Notes under the pieces: model-generated
What the model saw: the letters and a program-made list of their open reading frames with translations, nothing else
What the model was told of the DNA's origin: nothing
Database searches by the model: none
Program-made: the position numbers and the translations under genes
Shown here: positions 9,328-19,000 of the stretch, piece by piece
Numbering within the stretch: the first letter of the stretch is position 1
Layout of the letters: each line of letters starts with the position of its first letter
Origin: Candidatus Omnitrophota bacterium
Lineage (GTDB): Bacteria > Omnitrophota > Gorgyraeia > Gorgyraeales > Gorgyraeaceae
Reading direction: 5' to 3'
Assembly (NCBI GenBank): GCA_043822665.1
Contig: JBDRBM010000010.1
Location: 1 to 44,863, forward strand
Length of the DNA stretch: 44,863 nucleotides

Positions 9328-10381
9328 CGAGTACCTCTTTTATTAAAATATCACAGGCTTTGTCATTATCCATGCAAGCGGCCTTTTCTGACATAAAAGC
9401 CAGTGTTCTTTTATCCATAAGCCTTGTAATTATGTCGCGCAGAGTTTCGGCATTCAGATCCTGTTCCTCCGCCATAACAGCAAGGCCTGAACGCTCCAGA
9501 ACCATTGCATTCAATTTCTGATGACCTTCCGCAAAAGGGTATGGTATCAGTATCGAAGGCTTTGCCAGGTACATTAGCTCTGATACAGTCGTAGCCCCAG
9601 CCCTTGCTATGACAAAATCGCATTCGCTGTAAATTTTGCCCATATCATACGTAAAGGCGAATACTCTATTAGCAATGCCCCTGTCTTTATACGCATTTTC
9701 AACGTCGTGAGTTTCCCTCTGGCCCGCAATATGTATTACCTCCAGCATGTTTTTTTTCGAGGGTTCTATCAGGTTTAATGCCTCAGGCACAAGCATGTTT
9801 AAGGTATGAGCGCCCTGACTTCCTCCCATCGCAAGAACAACAAACCCATCGTCTGTTTTTTTGGCGCGTTTAAGATCACGGCGCAGAGGATTCCCTGAAA
9901 TAACAACCTTTGATTCAAATCCCTCTAGATATTCTATTGACTCCTTGAAATTTACAGCAATTCTATCCACGAACTTCGACAGCAATAGATTTGTCTTTCC
10001 CGGAAATACATTCTGCTCATGTATCACAGTCTTCGCGCCTGACAAAGACGCGATAAGTACTATCGGGCCTGACACAAACCCGCCAAAACCTATTACGGAA
10101 CCTGGCCTGTAACGCGCTATGAGATATATCGATTTAATAGTCCCAACAAAAAGCATTGCCAGAAAATCTAAAATAGCGAATATATTTCCTCCACGGCGCA
10201 TACCGATTACTGGTAAAGTCTGAAACTTTATATTTTTTTCCCGCAGTATCTCTTTATCCTGCCTGCGGGAGGATGTAATAAATAAGATCTCTATGTCCTT
10301 GCGCAATAAAAGCTCTTCTGCCAGTCTTATAGCTGGAAAAAGGTGCCCCCCTGTTCCTCCCGCAACAATAAATATTTTCAT
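9320..10381 (-). CDS. murG: Lipid II GlcNAc transferase
   Basis: GGTGGHLFP, HEQN, GNPLR, GGSQGA and RAGATT. Confidence 0.97.
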   Translation of the reverse strand: MKIFIVAGGTGGHLFPAIRLAEELLLRKDIEILFITSSRRQDKEILREKNIKFQTLPVIGMRRGGNIFAILDFLAMLFVGTIKSIYLIARYRPGSVIGFGGFVSGPIVLIASLSGAKTVIHEQNVFPGKTNLLLSKFVDRIAVNFKESIEYLEGFESKVVISGNPLRRDLKRAKKTDDGFVVLAMGGSQGAHTLNMLVPEALNLIEPSKKNMLEVIHIAGQRETHDVENAYKDRGIANRVFAFTYDMGKIYSECDFVIARAGATTVSELMYLAKPSILIPYPFAEGHQKLNAMVLERSGLAVMAEEQDLNAETLRDIITRLMDKRTLAFMSEKAACMDNDKACDILIKEVLGG

Positions 10382-10390
10382 AATAATTCA

Positions 10391-10452
10391 GGCAGAGCAA
10401 GCTTTGCGGCTACATCATATCGCGTATTTGTAGCCGCAGAGCTTGCTCTGCC
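10391..10452. repeat. GTAG-type REP doublet (GTAGCCGCAGAGCTTGCTCTGC family)
   Basis: GGCAGAGCAAGCTTTGCGGCTACA ... TGTAGCCGCAGAGCTTGCTCTGCC inverted pair. Relatives at 15484, 26624 and 35563. Confidence 0.85.
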
Positions 10453-10455
10453 CCT

Positions 10456-11535
10456 TTACCTCTCTGATATGTTCAGCAAAAGCGCTACCCCTATGATATT
10501 CAATACAAGCGCTGTGCCGCCATAGCTTATAAGAGGCAAAGGCAATCCTTTCGTAGGTATCGCGCCTGTTGAAACAGCAATATTAATAAACGCCTTTAAT
10601 CCTATATTTACTACAATACCCAGCGCCAGGAATTTTCCGAACAAATCCCTGGCCTTTATTGAAATCCTTATGCCCAGCCATATGAAAACGATAAATAAAA
10701 ATACTATACTGAGGGTGCCTATAAGACCTATCTCTTCTCCTATTATAGAAAATATAAAATCCGTATGCGCCTGTGGCAGATAAAAAAGCTTCTGCCTTGA
10801 AGCGCCAAGTCCTAAACCTAAAATACCGCCTGAGCCAAGCGCCAAAAAAGACTGCACTATCTGAAATCCTGTTCCCTGCATATCGCTCCATGGATCCAGA
10901 TAACCCACTATGCGCCTCAACCTGTACGGGACCTTTAATACAAGAAAATAGAACGCGGGAAATGATATCGCGATAAAAGGTATAAAATATGCCATATTTG
11001 TGCCTGCCGTAAAAAGCATGATAGTTGAGACGGCTAGGAGTGTCGCGGCGCTGCCAAGGTCGGGCTGCGCCAGTATTAATAAAACCACGGCACCAGCTGC
11101 TACTAACGGCGGCATAAAACCATAAAAAAAATTTCTGATATACCCTTGTTTTTTTTCAAGCGCCCCCGCAAGATAGATAATCAAAAAAAGCCCCGCGAAT
11201 TCCGACGGCTGAAATCCGAACCCTCCAACTTTAACCCATCTTTTCGCGCCGCCTGCCTCATGTCCTATGCCGGGGACAAATGAAAAAAGAAGGACTAATA
11301 TTGCCAATAGGAGCAATGGTTTCGTGTAGTCCCTTAATTTTCTATAATCTATCCTCAGCGCCGCTAGAGCAAGAAAAAGCCCTATTATTAAATGGGCTGA
11401 GTGCCTTTTTAGGTAATACGCGCTATCATAAAATTTCTCGTATGCATAACAGCTGGAGGCAGAATAGACCATGACGATACCTATAGATATCAGTACGCTC
11501 GCAACTATCATTAACCCTTGTGATTCTCTATTCAT
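10456..11535 (-). CDS. ftsW: Peptidoglycan glycosyltransferase FtsW
   Basis: MVYSAS, GAKRW, FQPSEF, QPDLG, YLPQAHTDFIF and LISYGGT. Multi-TM protein between murD and murG. Confidence 0.96.
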   Translation of the reverse strand: MNRESQGLMIVASVLISIGIVMVYSASSCYAYEKFYDSAYYLKRHSAHLIIGLFLALAALRIDYRKLRDYTKPLLLLAILVLLFSFVPGIGHEAGGAKRWVKVGGFGFQPSEFAGLFLIIYLAGALEKKQGYIRNFFYGFMPPLVAAGAVVLLILAQPDLGSAATLLAVSTIMLFTAGTNMAYFIPFIAISFPAFYFLVLKVPYRLRRIVGYLDPWSDMQGTGFQIVQSFLALGSGGILGLGLGASRQKLFYLPQAHTDFIFSIIGEEIGLIGTLSIVFLFIVFIWLGIRISIKARDLFGKFLALGIVVNIGLKAFINIAVSTGAIPTKGLPLPLISYGGTALVLNIIGVALLLNISER

Positions 11536-12797
11536 TGCAGCTTTAAGCAGAGCTCTTTAAAGGCCTTACCCCGTTCTTCATAATTTTTAAACATATCAAA
11601 ACTCGAACAGCCTGGCGACAATAATACCTTGTCGCCTTCTGCGGCATTATTAAAAGCGTTTCTTACAGCATCCTCCAAATCCTCTTCTTCAAAGACATTA
11701 TCGAGACGGCTCAGGTCTTTTTTGATCCTAGGCCTTGCCTCGCCTATAGCAATAACACGACTCACTTTTTCATTTATAGATTTTTCAAGCCTCGAGAAAT
11801 CTCCACCCTTATATCTTCCTCCCATGATCAGTATTATGCGCCCATCCAAAGATTTCAAGGCCCATTCAACGCTTGAAACAGTAGTTGCCTTTGAATCATT
11901 TATAAAATATATCCCTTTGACCATCGCTACATGCTCCAGTCTGTGTTCTATACCATTAAAGCCGGATATCACTTCAAGCATCGCCTCTTCGCCCGCGCCT
12001 GCCAAAGAAGCCGCTGACATAGCAGCAAGATAATTTTCATTCCGCACGTCATGCCTTCCGCTAAAATCCTTATATTCATTGAAAAATTCTACTTTGGATT
12101 TAATACCTGGGATCAGTGACTTGAGTATTTTGTCTTTTTTGTTCAGGAAAGTAAAATCATCCTTGTCCTGATTTAAAAAAATCCTTGCCTTTAGTGATAT
12201 ATATTCTTCCAGGTCTTTATGTCTATCGAGGTGGTTATCAGATATATTCAATACAATGCTAATCCATGGTTTAAATGTTTTAACGCATTCGAGCTGAAAA
12301 GAGCTTGCTTCCAACACAACAATAGAATTCTTTTTTATCTTTTTTATCTCGCCACAAAACGGATTGCCAATATTACCACACACAACGGCATCAAGCCCTT
12401 GTCTTTTTAACATTTGGCCTATCAGAGTCGTAACTGTCGTCTTACCGCTTGTTCCAGTTACAGCTATGATAGGCGCCTTGCACATAGAATACGCCAGCTC
12501 TAATTCACCGATCACGGGTATATTTCTATCATTAGCAAGTCTAACGATAGGAGAATTTATTGCTACGCCGGGGCTGACTACCATCAGGCCTGCCTTTTTA
12601 ATAAAACCGGCTGCATGAGAACCGATTTCAATATTATCCTTGCTGACTACGTTTTCTTTGATCAATAAATCTACACTTGAACGTATTTCAGGATTGTCCT
12701 TTATTTCTGTAATAAAGACAGTATCCCCGCGCTCTGCCAATAGCCTGGAAGCAGCAACCCCGCTTTTAGCTAAACCAACAACAATTACATTTTTCAT
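11532..12797 (-). CDS. murD: UDP-MurNAc-L-Ala--D-glutamate ligase
   Basis: GLAKSG, VVSPG, TGTSGKTT, EASSFQL, HLDRH, NDSKAT and LLSPGCSSFD. Confidence 0.96.
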   Translation of the reverse strand: MKNVIVVGLAKSGVAASRLLAERGDTVFITEIKDNPEIRSSVDLLIKENVVSKDNIEIGSHAAGFIKKAGLMVVSPGVAINSPIVRLANDRNIPVIGELELAYSMCKAPIIAVTGTSGKTTVTTLIGQMLKRQGLDAVVCGNIGNPFCGEIKKIKKNSIVVLEASSFQLECVKTFKPWISIVLNISDNHLDRHKDLEEYISLKARIFLNQDKDDFTFLNKKDKILKSLIPGIKSKVEFFNEYKDFSGRHDVRNENYLAAMSAASLAGAGEEAMLEVISGFNGIEHRLEHVAMVKGIYFINDSKATTVSSVEWALKSLDGRIILIMGGRYKGGDFSRLEKSINEKVSRVIAIGEARPRIKKDLSRLDNVFEEEDLEDAVRNAFNNAAEGDKVLLSPGCSSFDMFKNYEERGKAFKELCLKLQ

Positions 12798-12799
12798 AT

Positions 12800-12922
12800 T
12801 ATAAATTTAACGCCCTTCGGGCGAACTTTGTAGGGGTCGGATTCATCCGACCCGCATCAACGGGCGCCATAAATGACGCCCCTACAACGACTTAAAAAGG
12901 AATTTCCTACTATATTAAATTA
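12800..12922. repeat. ~120-bp REPIN-like composite, copy 1 (GTAGGGG...CCCCTAC core plus motif B)
   Basis: 12800-12890 is identical to 17162-17252 and nearly identical to 27831-27906. Ends in AAAAAGGAATTTCCTACTATA. Confidence 0.92.
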
Positions 12923-12934
12923 GGCGCCATCCCT

Positions 12935-14032
12935 TTAACGAAGCTTCAGGGTAGCGAAGCTTAGAAGTACCAGTATTATTGCTATTATCCAAAACCTCAC
13001 TGTCACCTTTGACTCTGCCCATCCACACATCTCAAAATGGTGATGGAGCGGCGCGATTTTGAATACCCTTTTGCCGGTGAACCTAAAAGAGATGATCTGT
13101 ATCAAAACTGAAACAGACTCTATTACAAATATGCCGCCTACCAGCAATAATATTATCTCTTTTTTTATAAAAACAGCGACGGTGCCTATGGCGCCTCCCA
13201 ATGCTAACGCGCCTGTATCACCCATAAATATCGAAGCCGGAAATGAATTATACCATAAAAATCCAAGGCCTGAGCCGGCCATAGCAGCGCAAAACACGCT
13301 AAGCTCCCCTGCCTCTGGAAGATGATATATCCCGAGGTATTGCGCAAATTGGATATGGCCTGCCACATAGCTCAAGCCTGTATAAGCTATGGCTGTCAAT
13401 GTAATACAACCTATGGCCAGTCCATCCAGCCCGTCAGTAAGATTAACGGCGTTGGATGAAGCGGTTATAACGAGTATAACAAACGGTATATAGAAAATAC
13501 CAAGGTTAATGGCAAGTTCTTTTAAAAAAGGCATCTCTATGATCGTACTGGTCTTAGGATTAGTATAAAGAAAGACACCTATGATTAAACTCACAAACAC
13601 CTGCGATAAAAGTTTTGTTCTTTTATTCAGGCCCCTTTTACCTTTTCCGGATTTAGAGATAAGCTTTTTATAATCGTCGAGAAAACCCACGCCGCCAAGC
13701 CAGCCTGTTACCATAAGCGCTAATAATACAAAATTATTCTTTATATCAGCCCACAATAGCGTGGAAGCGAAAATCCCGATTAAAATCAAGATGCCTCCCA
13801 TGGTAGGCGTGCCCTGTTTTCCTTTGTGTAAATCGTAGAGGCCCGGGCATTCTTTTCCCCTTACAGTTTCCCCTATCTTGAGGACCTTTAACCTTCGTAT
13901 TACAGGAGGAGCAAAGATAACTGTTATTAAGAATGCGGTGATACTGGCAAATGTCGCTCTGAATGTTATATATTTAAAGACATTGAAGATAAAAAAGTAT
14001 TCTCTTAAAGGATATAATAAATAATATAACAT
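12935..14032 (-). CDS. mraY: Phospho-MurNAc-pentapeptide transferase
   Basis: GTPTMGG, GFLDDY, NAVNLTDGLDGL, FMGDTG and APLHHHFE. Confidence 0.97.
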   Translation of the reverse strand: MLYYLLYPLREYFFIFNVFKYITFRATFASITAFLITVIFAPPVIRRLKVLKIGETVRGKECPGLYDLHKGKQGTPTMGGILILIGIFASTLLWADIKNNFVLLALMVTGWLGGVGFLDDYKKLISKSGKGKRGLNKRTKLLSQVFVSLIIGVFLYTNPKTSTIIEMPFLKELAINLGIFYIPFVILVITASSNAVNLTDGLDGLAIGCITLTAIAYTGLSYVAGHIQFAQYLGIYHLPEAGELSVFCAAMAGSGLGFLWYNSFPASIFMGDTGALALGGAIGTVAVFIKKEIILLLVGGIFVIESVSVLIQIISFRFTGKRVFKIAPLHHHFEMCGWAESKVTVRFWIIAIILVLLSFATLKLR

Positions 14033-14075
14033 AATTTAAGTTAACTCGCCCTGTCCCTCTCAAAGGGATGTAATC

Positions 14076-15467
14076 TTAACGATTCCCTGATGAGGTAAAC
14101 TGCGCCTCCAGTTCGTTTACTATCTGCTCCATCTTCATCGCCCTGGAGCCCTTAACCAAAACAGTATCTCCTTTTTTTATCAACTGTAACACTGTCGCGC
14201 ATGCCTCTTTTGTAATATTACACATCTTTATCTTTTTACCGCTCATACCTGCTTCCTGAGCGCCGTTTGAGATGTGTTCTGCAAGTTTACCAACCGCCAC
14301 TATAAGATCAATACCTGATTCCGCTGCCTGTCTGCCTACAAGGTGATGGAACCTCCCGGATAGATTCCCGAGTTCAAGCATATCTCCCGCAACCAGAATT
14401 TTTCTGCCTTTTGTAGTCATGTCCTTCAATGACTCTATCGCCTGCCTCATTGAGAGCGGGTTAGAGTTATAAGTATCATTTATTATCTTTATATCCCCCA
14501 ACCTCTTGACCTCCATCCTCATATTTGGAACTCTGAATTCCCTAAGAGCATCTCTTATATCATCAATGGATATACCAAAATCCCAGCTTGAAGCTATTGC
14601 AGCAAGCGCATTGTAGACATTATGCCGGCCCACAAGGCCTATCTCTATATCCCACTCCCCGTTAAGCCTAAAACTTATCCCGTCTGGCTCAAGATTAATC
14701 TTATCGGCATAAAAATCAAAATCCTTATTGAGTCCGAATCTTACAACCTTTAAGGCAGTTTTTATAGTAGAAAGTGATTCATCGTCGCCGTTAATTATAA
14801 CCCGGCCCTCCCCCCCAGAGAGAAACTCTAATATTTCGCATTTAGCCTTTAAGACAGTTTCTATATCTTTAAGATGTTCCAGATGTGAAGGCCCTATATT
14901 TGTGATAACAGCAATGGTTGGCATGGCTATCTCAGAAAGCCGCTTGATCTCGCCAAGGTGGTTTGTACCCATCTCCAGAACCGCAATTTTGTGTTCTGCG
15001 TTTAGTCTCATGAGCGTAAGAGGAACTCCAATGCGGTTATTTTCCGTGCCAAAGTTCTTAAGGACATTAAATTTCTTCGCAAGTATCGCGGCCAGCATCT
15101 CTTTGGTCGTGGTCTTTCCATTCGAACCTGTAATGCCTAAGAGAGGTATCGTAAACCTGGCTCTGTGAAAACGCGCGATATCACCGAGCGCCTTTATGGT
15201 ATCGCGCGCGGATATAAAAGAGACTTTCTGCATGTCAAAATTGGAATTCGTAATGCATCCATCCTGGACAAGCACTCCGCCCGCGCCCCTAGATACGGCA
15301 TCGAGTATGAAATTATGACCGTCAAACCTGTCGCCTTTTATGGCTACAAAAAGTTCGCCTGGTTTTAGCCTGCGAGTATCAGTACAAACACCTACGAGCA
15401 TATCATTTTCTTCTCCCGATAGAATACTGCCCCCTGTCGAAACCAGGATATCCTTAACTGTAAACAT
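14076..15467 (-). CDS. murF: UDP-MurNAc-tripeptide--D-Ala-D-Ala ligase
   Basis: TDTR, FDGH, TGSNGKTTTK, LEMG, NDTYNSNP, GDMLELG and KGSRAM. Confidence 0.96.
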   Translation of the reverse strand: MFTVKDILVSTGGSILSGEENDMLVGVCTDTRRLKPGELFVAIKGDRFDGHNFILDAVSRGAGGVLVQDGCITNSNFDMQKVSFISARDTIKALGDIARFHRARFTIPLLGITGSNGKTTTKEMLAAILAKKFNVLKNFGTENNRIGVPLTLMRLNAEHKIAVLEMGTNHLGEIKRLSEIAMPTIAVITNIGPSHLEHLKDIETVLKAKCEILEFLSGGEGRVIINGDDESLSTIKTALKVVRFGLNKDFDFYADKINLEPDGISFRLNGEWDIEIGLVGRHNVYNALAAIASSWDFGISIDDIRDALREFRVPNMRMEVKRLGDIKIINDTYNSNPLSMRQAIESLKDMTTKGRKILVAGDMLELGNLSGRFHHLVGRQAAESGIDLIVAVGKLAEHISNGAQEAGMSGKKIKMCNITKEACATVLQLIKKGDTVLVKGSRAMKMEQIVNELEAQFTSSGNR

Positions 15468-15494
15468 AATCCCCTCCTTTTATAAGCTTTGCGG

Positions 15495-17036
15495 CTACAT
15501 CTCGCATGTATTCTGTAACATAGATAATATCTTCCTCACCACTTCTCTATCATCAAAAGGCATGGTAACGTCTTTAAATATCTGACATGTTTCATGGCCC
15601 TTACCCGCTACCAGCACTATATCTCCTGTCCGCGCCTCTTTAAGGGCCTCTTCTATAGCCCTATATCTATCCACCTCTACTATATAGTTGCTCTTACTAT
15701 TGTCTATGCCGCTAGTGATTTCATTTATGATATCTAAGGGGCCTTCTTGCCTCGGATTATCACTTGTTATAAATACCTTGTCTGACAGGTAAGTCGCAAG
15801 CCTGCCCATTGCCGATCTCTTTGTCTTGTCTCTGTCTCCACCACAGCCAAATACGCAGAGAAGCCTCTTTGGATTCATCTCACGTAGCGCATTCAGCGCA
15901 TTTTCAAGGCCATTTTCTGTATGAGCATAATCCACGAATACAAGAAAATCCTGACCACAGTTTATCTTCTCAAGCCTGCCAGGCAAAGAGACAACTCTTG
16001 CCACAGCTTTTTGTATCTCATCCAAACCCATGCCCATGGCTATACCACATGCACTTGCTGCTAAAATATTATATATATTATGCCGGCCTACCAGAGAAGA
16101 TTTAATAGCGATGGAGTCCATATATAAGGCCGCAGGATGCGCAAGGTTCGGCATTGCGCATGCTGCTATACAGAGATTAAAACTCAGGCCTTCTGCAAAA
16201 AACTCTATGCCTTCTGCCCTTATATCTGTTTCTTGCTCAATGCCATAAGTGATTACCTTTGCCTTTTTCTCTTTTTTTACACTATCGATAATTCTGCCCG
16301 AGAACGGATCATCTTTATTCACAATCGCGAATCCACCGTTCTTTATTTTTGAAAAAAGCCTCAGCTTAGAAAGGAAATAATTCTCCATACCCTTGTGATA
16401 ATCCATATGTTCTGTTGTAAGATTAGTAAACACTGCTATATCAAACTGCAAGGTATCTACCCTGCCCTGGTCAAGCGAATGTGACGATACTTCAAGTATG
16501 CAGTTTTTTATGTTATTTTTCAGCATGCTGCTTAAAAGAAAATATAAATCTAATACCCCAGGGGTAGTGTTTACTGCTGGTATTAAACGATTGCCGAACC
16601 TGTAATTTATAGTGCCTATTACACCTGTCTTCTCGGATTTTTCATCAAAGAGACGCTCTAATAAATACGTGACCGTGGTCTTTCCATTTGTTCCGGTTAC
16701 CCCTATAAGACACATCTTAGAAGAAATATCCCCGTAAAACTCCCTTGAAATCTCAGAAAGCGCGCGCCTGGCGTCTTCCGAATATATAAAGGTAGGTCCT
16801 TTTTTATGCAAAAAGTCTGCGCTGTCTTTTATGTCCATAACAATAGCCACGGCCCCTCTGTCTATAACCTCTTCTATGAATTCCGCCCCGTTAAACCGAG
16901 CGCCTTTCACAGCTATAAAAAGATCTCCATCTTTTACAGCCTTAGAATCGCTGGCAATACCGCTTATATCTATAGAAACCTTCCCATCGATTTTCTTTAT
17001 TCCATTGATATTGTTAAGTATGTTGCTCAGTTTCAT
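15495..17036 (-). CDS. murE: UDP-MurNAc-dipeptide--meso-DAP ligase
   Basis: GVTGTNGKTT, NTTP, EVSSH, VDYAHT, GCGGDRD, DNPR (DAP-specific motif) and AGKGHE. Confidence 0.96.
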   Translation of the reverse strand: MKLSNILNNINGIKKIDGKVSIDISGIASDSKAVKDGDLFIAVKGARFNGAEFIEEVIDRGAVAIVMDIKDSADFLHKKGPTFIYSEDARRALSEISREFYGDISSKMCLIGVTGTNGKTTVTYLLERLFDEKSEKTGVIGTINYRFGNRLIPAVNTTPGVLDLYFLLSSMLKNNIKNCILEVSSHSLDQGRVDTLQFDIAVFTNLTTEHMDYHKGMENYFLSKLRLFSKIKNGGFAIVNKDDPFSGRIIDSVKKEKKAKVITYGIEQETDIRAEGIEFFAEGLSFNLCIAACAMPNLAHPAALYMDSIAIKSSLVGRHNIYNILAASACGIAMGMGLDEIQKAVARVVSLPGRLEKINCGQDFLVFVDYAHTENGLENALNALREMNPKRLLCVFGCGGDRDKTKRSAMGRLATYLSDKVFITSDNPRQEGPLDIINEITSGIDNSKSNYIVEVDRYRAIEEALKEARTGDIVLVAGKGHETCQIFKDVTMPFDDREVVRKILSMLQNTCEM

Positions 17037-17051
17037 AATGCCTCATATTAC

Positions 17052-17096
17052 GCTTAACTTGACGAAACTTACATTGTAACTTTTGTCAAGTTAAGC
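17052..17096. repeat. Motif A: 45-bp near-perfect palindrome GCTTAACTTGAC...GTCAAGTTAAGC
   Basis: 20/22 arm positions pair. Other copies at 27759-27837 (interrupted), 33107-33121 (half), 43703-43744 and 43930-43972. Confidence 0.88.
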
Positions 17097-17135
17097 ACAT
17101 TAGTAGGGGACCCTTAAGGGTCCCCTACTAATGTG
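17096..17135. repeat. Perfect 40-bp palindrome (GTAGGGG-type REP)
   Basis: CACATTAGTAGGGGACCCTT|AAGGGTCCCCTACTAATGTG, with no loop and no mismatch. Confidence 0.92.
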
Positions 17136-17161
17136 TGCCTACAAAAAGGAAATTCCTATAC

Positions 17162-17284
17162 TATAAATTTAACGCCCTTCGGGCGAACTTTGTAGGGGTC
17201 GGATTCATCCGACCCGCATCAACGGGCGCCATAAATGACGCCCCTACAACGAGTTAAAAAGGAATTTCTTACTATATCAAGTCA
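17162..17284. repeat. ~120-bp REPIN-like composite, copy 2
   Basis: Direct repeat of 12800-12922, preceded by another motif B at 17143-17164. Confidence 0.92.
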
Positions 17285-18961
17285 AGATAAGGGTTCTATT
17301 TTATAGTATCTCATTAACTGACTCGCTACATTTCTAAAAACAGGGGCACACACAGTGCCGCCGTAATAATACGGCCGCGGTTCATCCATAACAACCACTA
17401 CCACAAATCTGGGTTTGTCATAAGGTAAAAAACCTATGAAAGACGCCGTAAACTTTCTGTGCGAATAAACACCGTTTGGCTCTATCTTCTGGGCAGTCCC
17501 TGTCTTCCCCGCGGGATAATACCCTTTTACTTCGGCGAGTTTGCCTGTTCCTCCCTCAACTACGCCGCGCAATATAGTCCTTAACTTTTCGGCTGTTTCC
17601 TCAGAGATGACCCTCTGTATCTGTTTCGGCTCAAACTCTTCTATGACCTGGCCTGTCTTATCCTGTATCCTTTCGATAATCCTGGGTTTTACATAATAAC
17701 CGCCATTCGCAATGCTGGATACGGCACACGCAAGCTGTAACGCCGTCACTGTAACTTCCTGCCCCATAGAGATACTACACAAAGAAAGCTTTGACCACTG
17801 TTTTACTGGCCGCGTTATGCCCTCTACCTCGCCCGGCAGGTCTATATCTGTTTTTTTACCAAAACCAAAACGCTTGATATACCTGTATAATCTGTCTTCG
17901 CCCAATTTCATAGCTGACTTCATAGTCCCTATGTTTGAGGAATACTTAATTACATCCCTGAAGGCAAGCCAGCCATGAGGCGTGTGATCATGGTATACAT
18001 GCCTGCTCCATTTAAACTCTCCGTTCTCGCAGAAAAATTCTTCCTCTGGCTGGACTACGTTTTCTTCGAGAACAGCACTGGCTGTAACTATCTTAAAACT
18101 TGATCCAGGTTCAAAAAAATCACAAAGCGCGCGGTTGCGCCTGGCATCAACGCTATATCCCTTTATATTATTGGGGTCATAGGTAGGTCTATTGACAAGG
18201 GCCACTATTTCACCTGTATAGGGGGCCATGACTATTATTGTGCCGCCTTTAGCATTACATTTTTTAACAGCGCTGTCGAGCTCTCTCTCTGTAAATGCCT
18301 GCACTATGCTATCTATCGTAAGAATTATATCGTTTCCATCTGCCGGAGGGATCTCCTTGTATTCATAGCCAGGGACCTCGCGGCGTTTTGCGTCTCTTAT
18401 TGAATAACGCCATCCGACTGTGCCTTTTAGAAACTTATCGAACATAAGCTCCACGCCCTCAAGGCCTTTATCATCTATACCCACAAACCCTATAATATGA
18501 CTTGCCAGTTCGCCATTCGGGTAGACGCGCTGAGGTTCTTTTATAAAACCTATTCCTTTAATAGAAAGCGCCCTGGCAGCCTTTTCTATATCAGGCTGGA
18601 CCTTACGCGCAAGCCAGACAAAGCGCTGTCCCTCTTTTAACTTTGATAGCGCATTTTCTTTGTCCATGCTCAGGACTTTTGCGAGTTTATCCGCTGCGGA
18701 TTCCTTGTTTTCTATCATAAGGGGGTCCGCGAATATTGAGCTAAGATTTATAGATATGGCAAGTTCCTTTTTTCGGCAGTCGTAAATAACACCACGCCGC
18801 GGCAGGAGGCAAAAATACGTTTTATACTGGTCTGAAGCTAATTTCGACAGGGGCCTTGCTGCGCCTAGCTGTACAAAGAAAAGCCTTACAGATAAAAGCA
18901 CAAACAAAGCGACTAAAAAATATAAAACCTTCCTAATTCGGGGGGCAACTAGTTTGTACAC
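17282..18961 (-). CDS. ftsI: Class B penicillin-binding protein (PBP3/FtsI)
   Basis: N-terminal TM helix, RGVIYD, RVYP, GLEGVE, EPGSSFK (SxxK), SSN and GKTGTAQ. Typical dcw position. Confidence 0.94.
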   Translation of the reverse strand: MYKLVAPRIRKVLYFLVALFVLLSVRLFFVQLGAARPLSKLASDQYKTYFCLLPRRGVIYDCRKKELAISINLSSIFADPLMIENKESAADKLAKVLSMDKENALSKLKEGQRFVWLARKVQPDIEKAARALSIKGIGFIKEPQRVYPNGELASHIIGFVGIDDKGLEGVELMFDKFLKGTVGWRYSIRDAKRREVPGYEYKEIPPADGNDIILTIDSIVQAFTERELDSAVKKCNAKGGTIIVMAPYTGEIVALVNRPTYDPNNIKGYSVDARRNRALCDFFEPGSSFKIVTASAVLEENVVQPEEEFFCENGEFKWSRHVYHDHTPHGWLAFRDVIKYSSNIGTMKSAMKLGEDRLYRYIKRFGFGKKTDIDLPGEVEGITRPVKQWSKLSLCSISMGQEVTVTALQLACAVSSIANGGYYVKPRIIERIQDKTGQVIEEFEPKQIQRVISEETAEKLRTILRGVVEGGTGKLAEVKGYYPAGKTGTAQKIEPNGVYSHRKFTASFIGFLPYDKPRFVVVVVMDEPRPYYYGGTVCAPVFRNVASQLMRYYKIEPLS

Positions 18962-19000
18962 AAAAACCTTTTATGGCGCCATACACCAATCGCAAACTAA

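Noticed and set aside
17057-17091. Motif A or B as a dif/XerCD site
   Set aside because: TTTTGTCAAGT loosely resembles a XerD arm, but the arms of A are 13 bp apart rather than 6-8 and no convincing XerC arm is visible.
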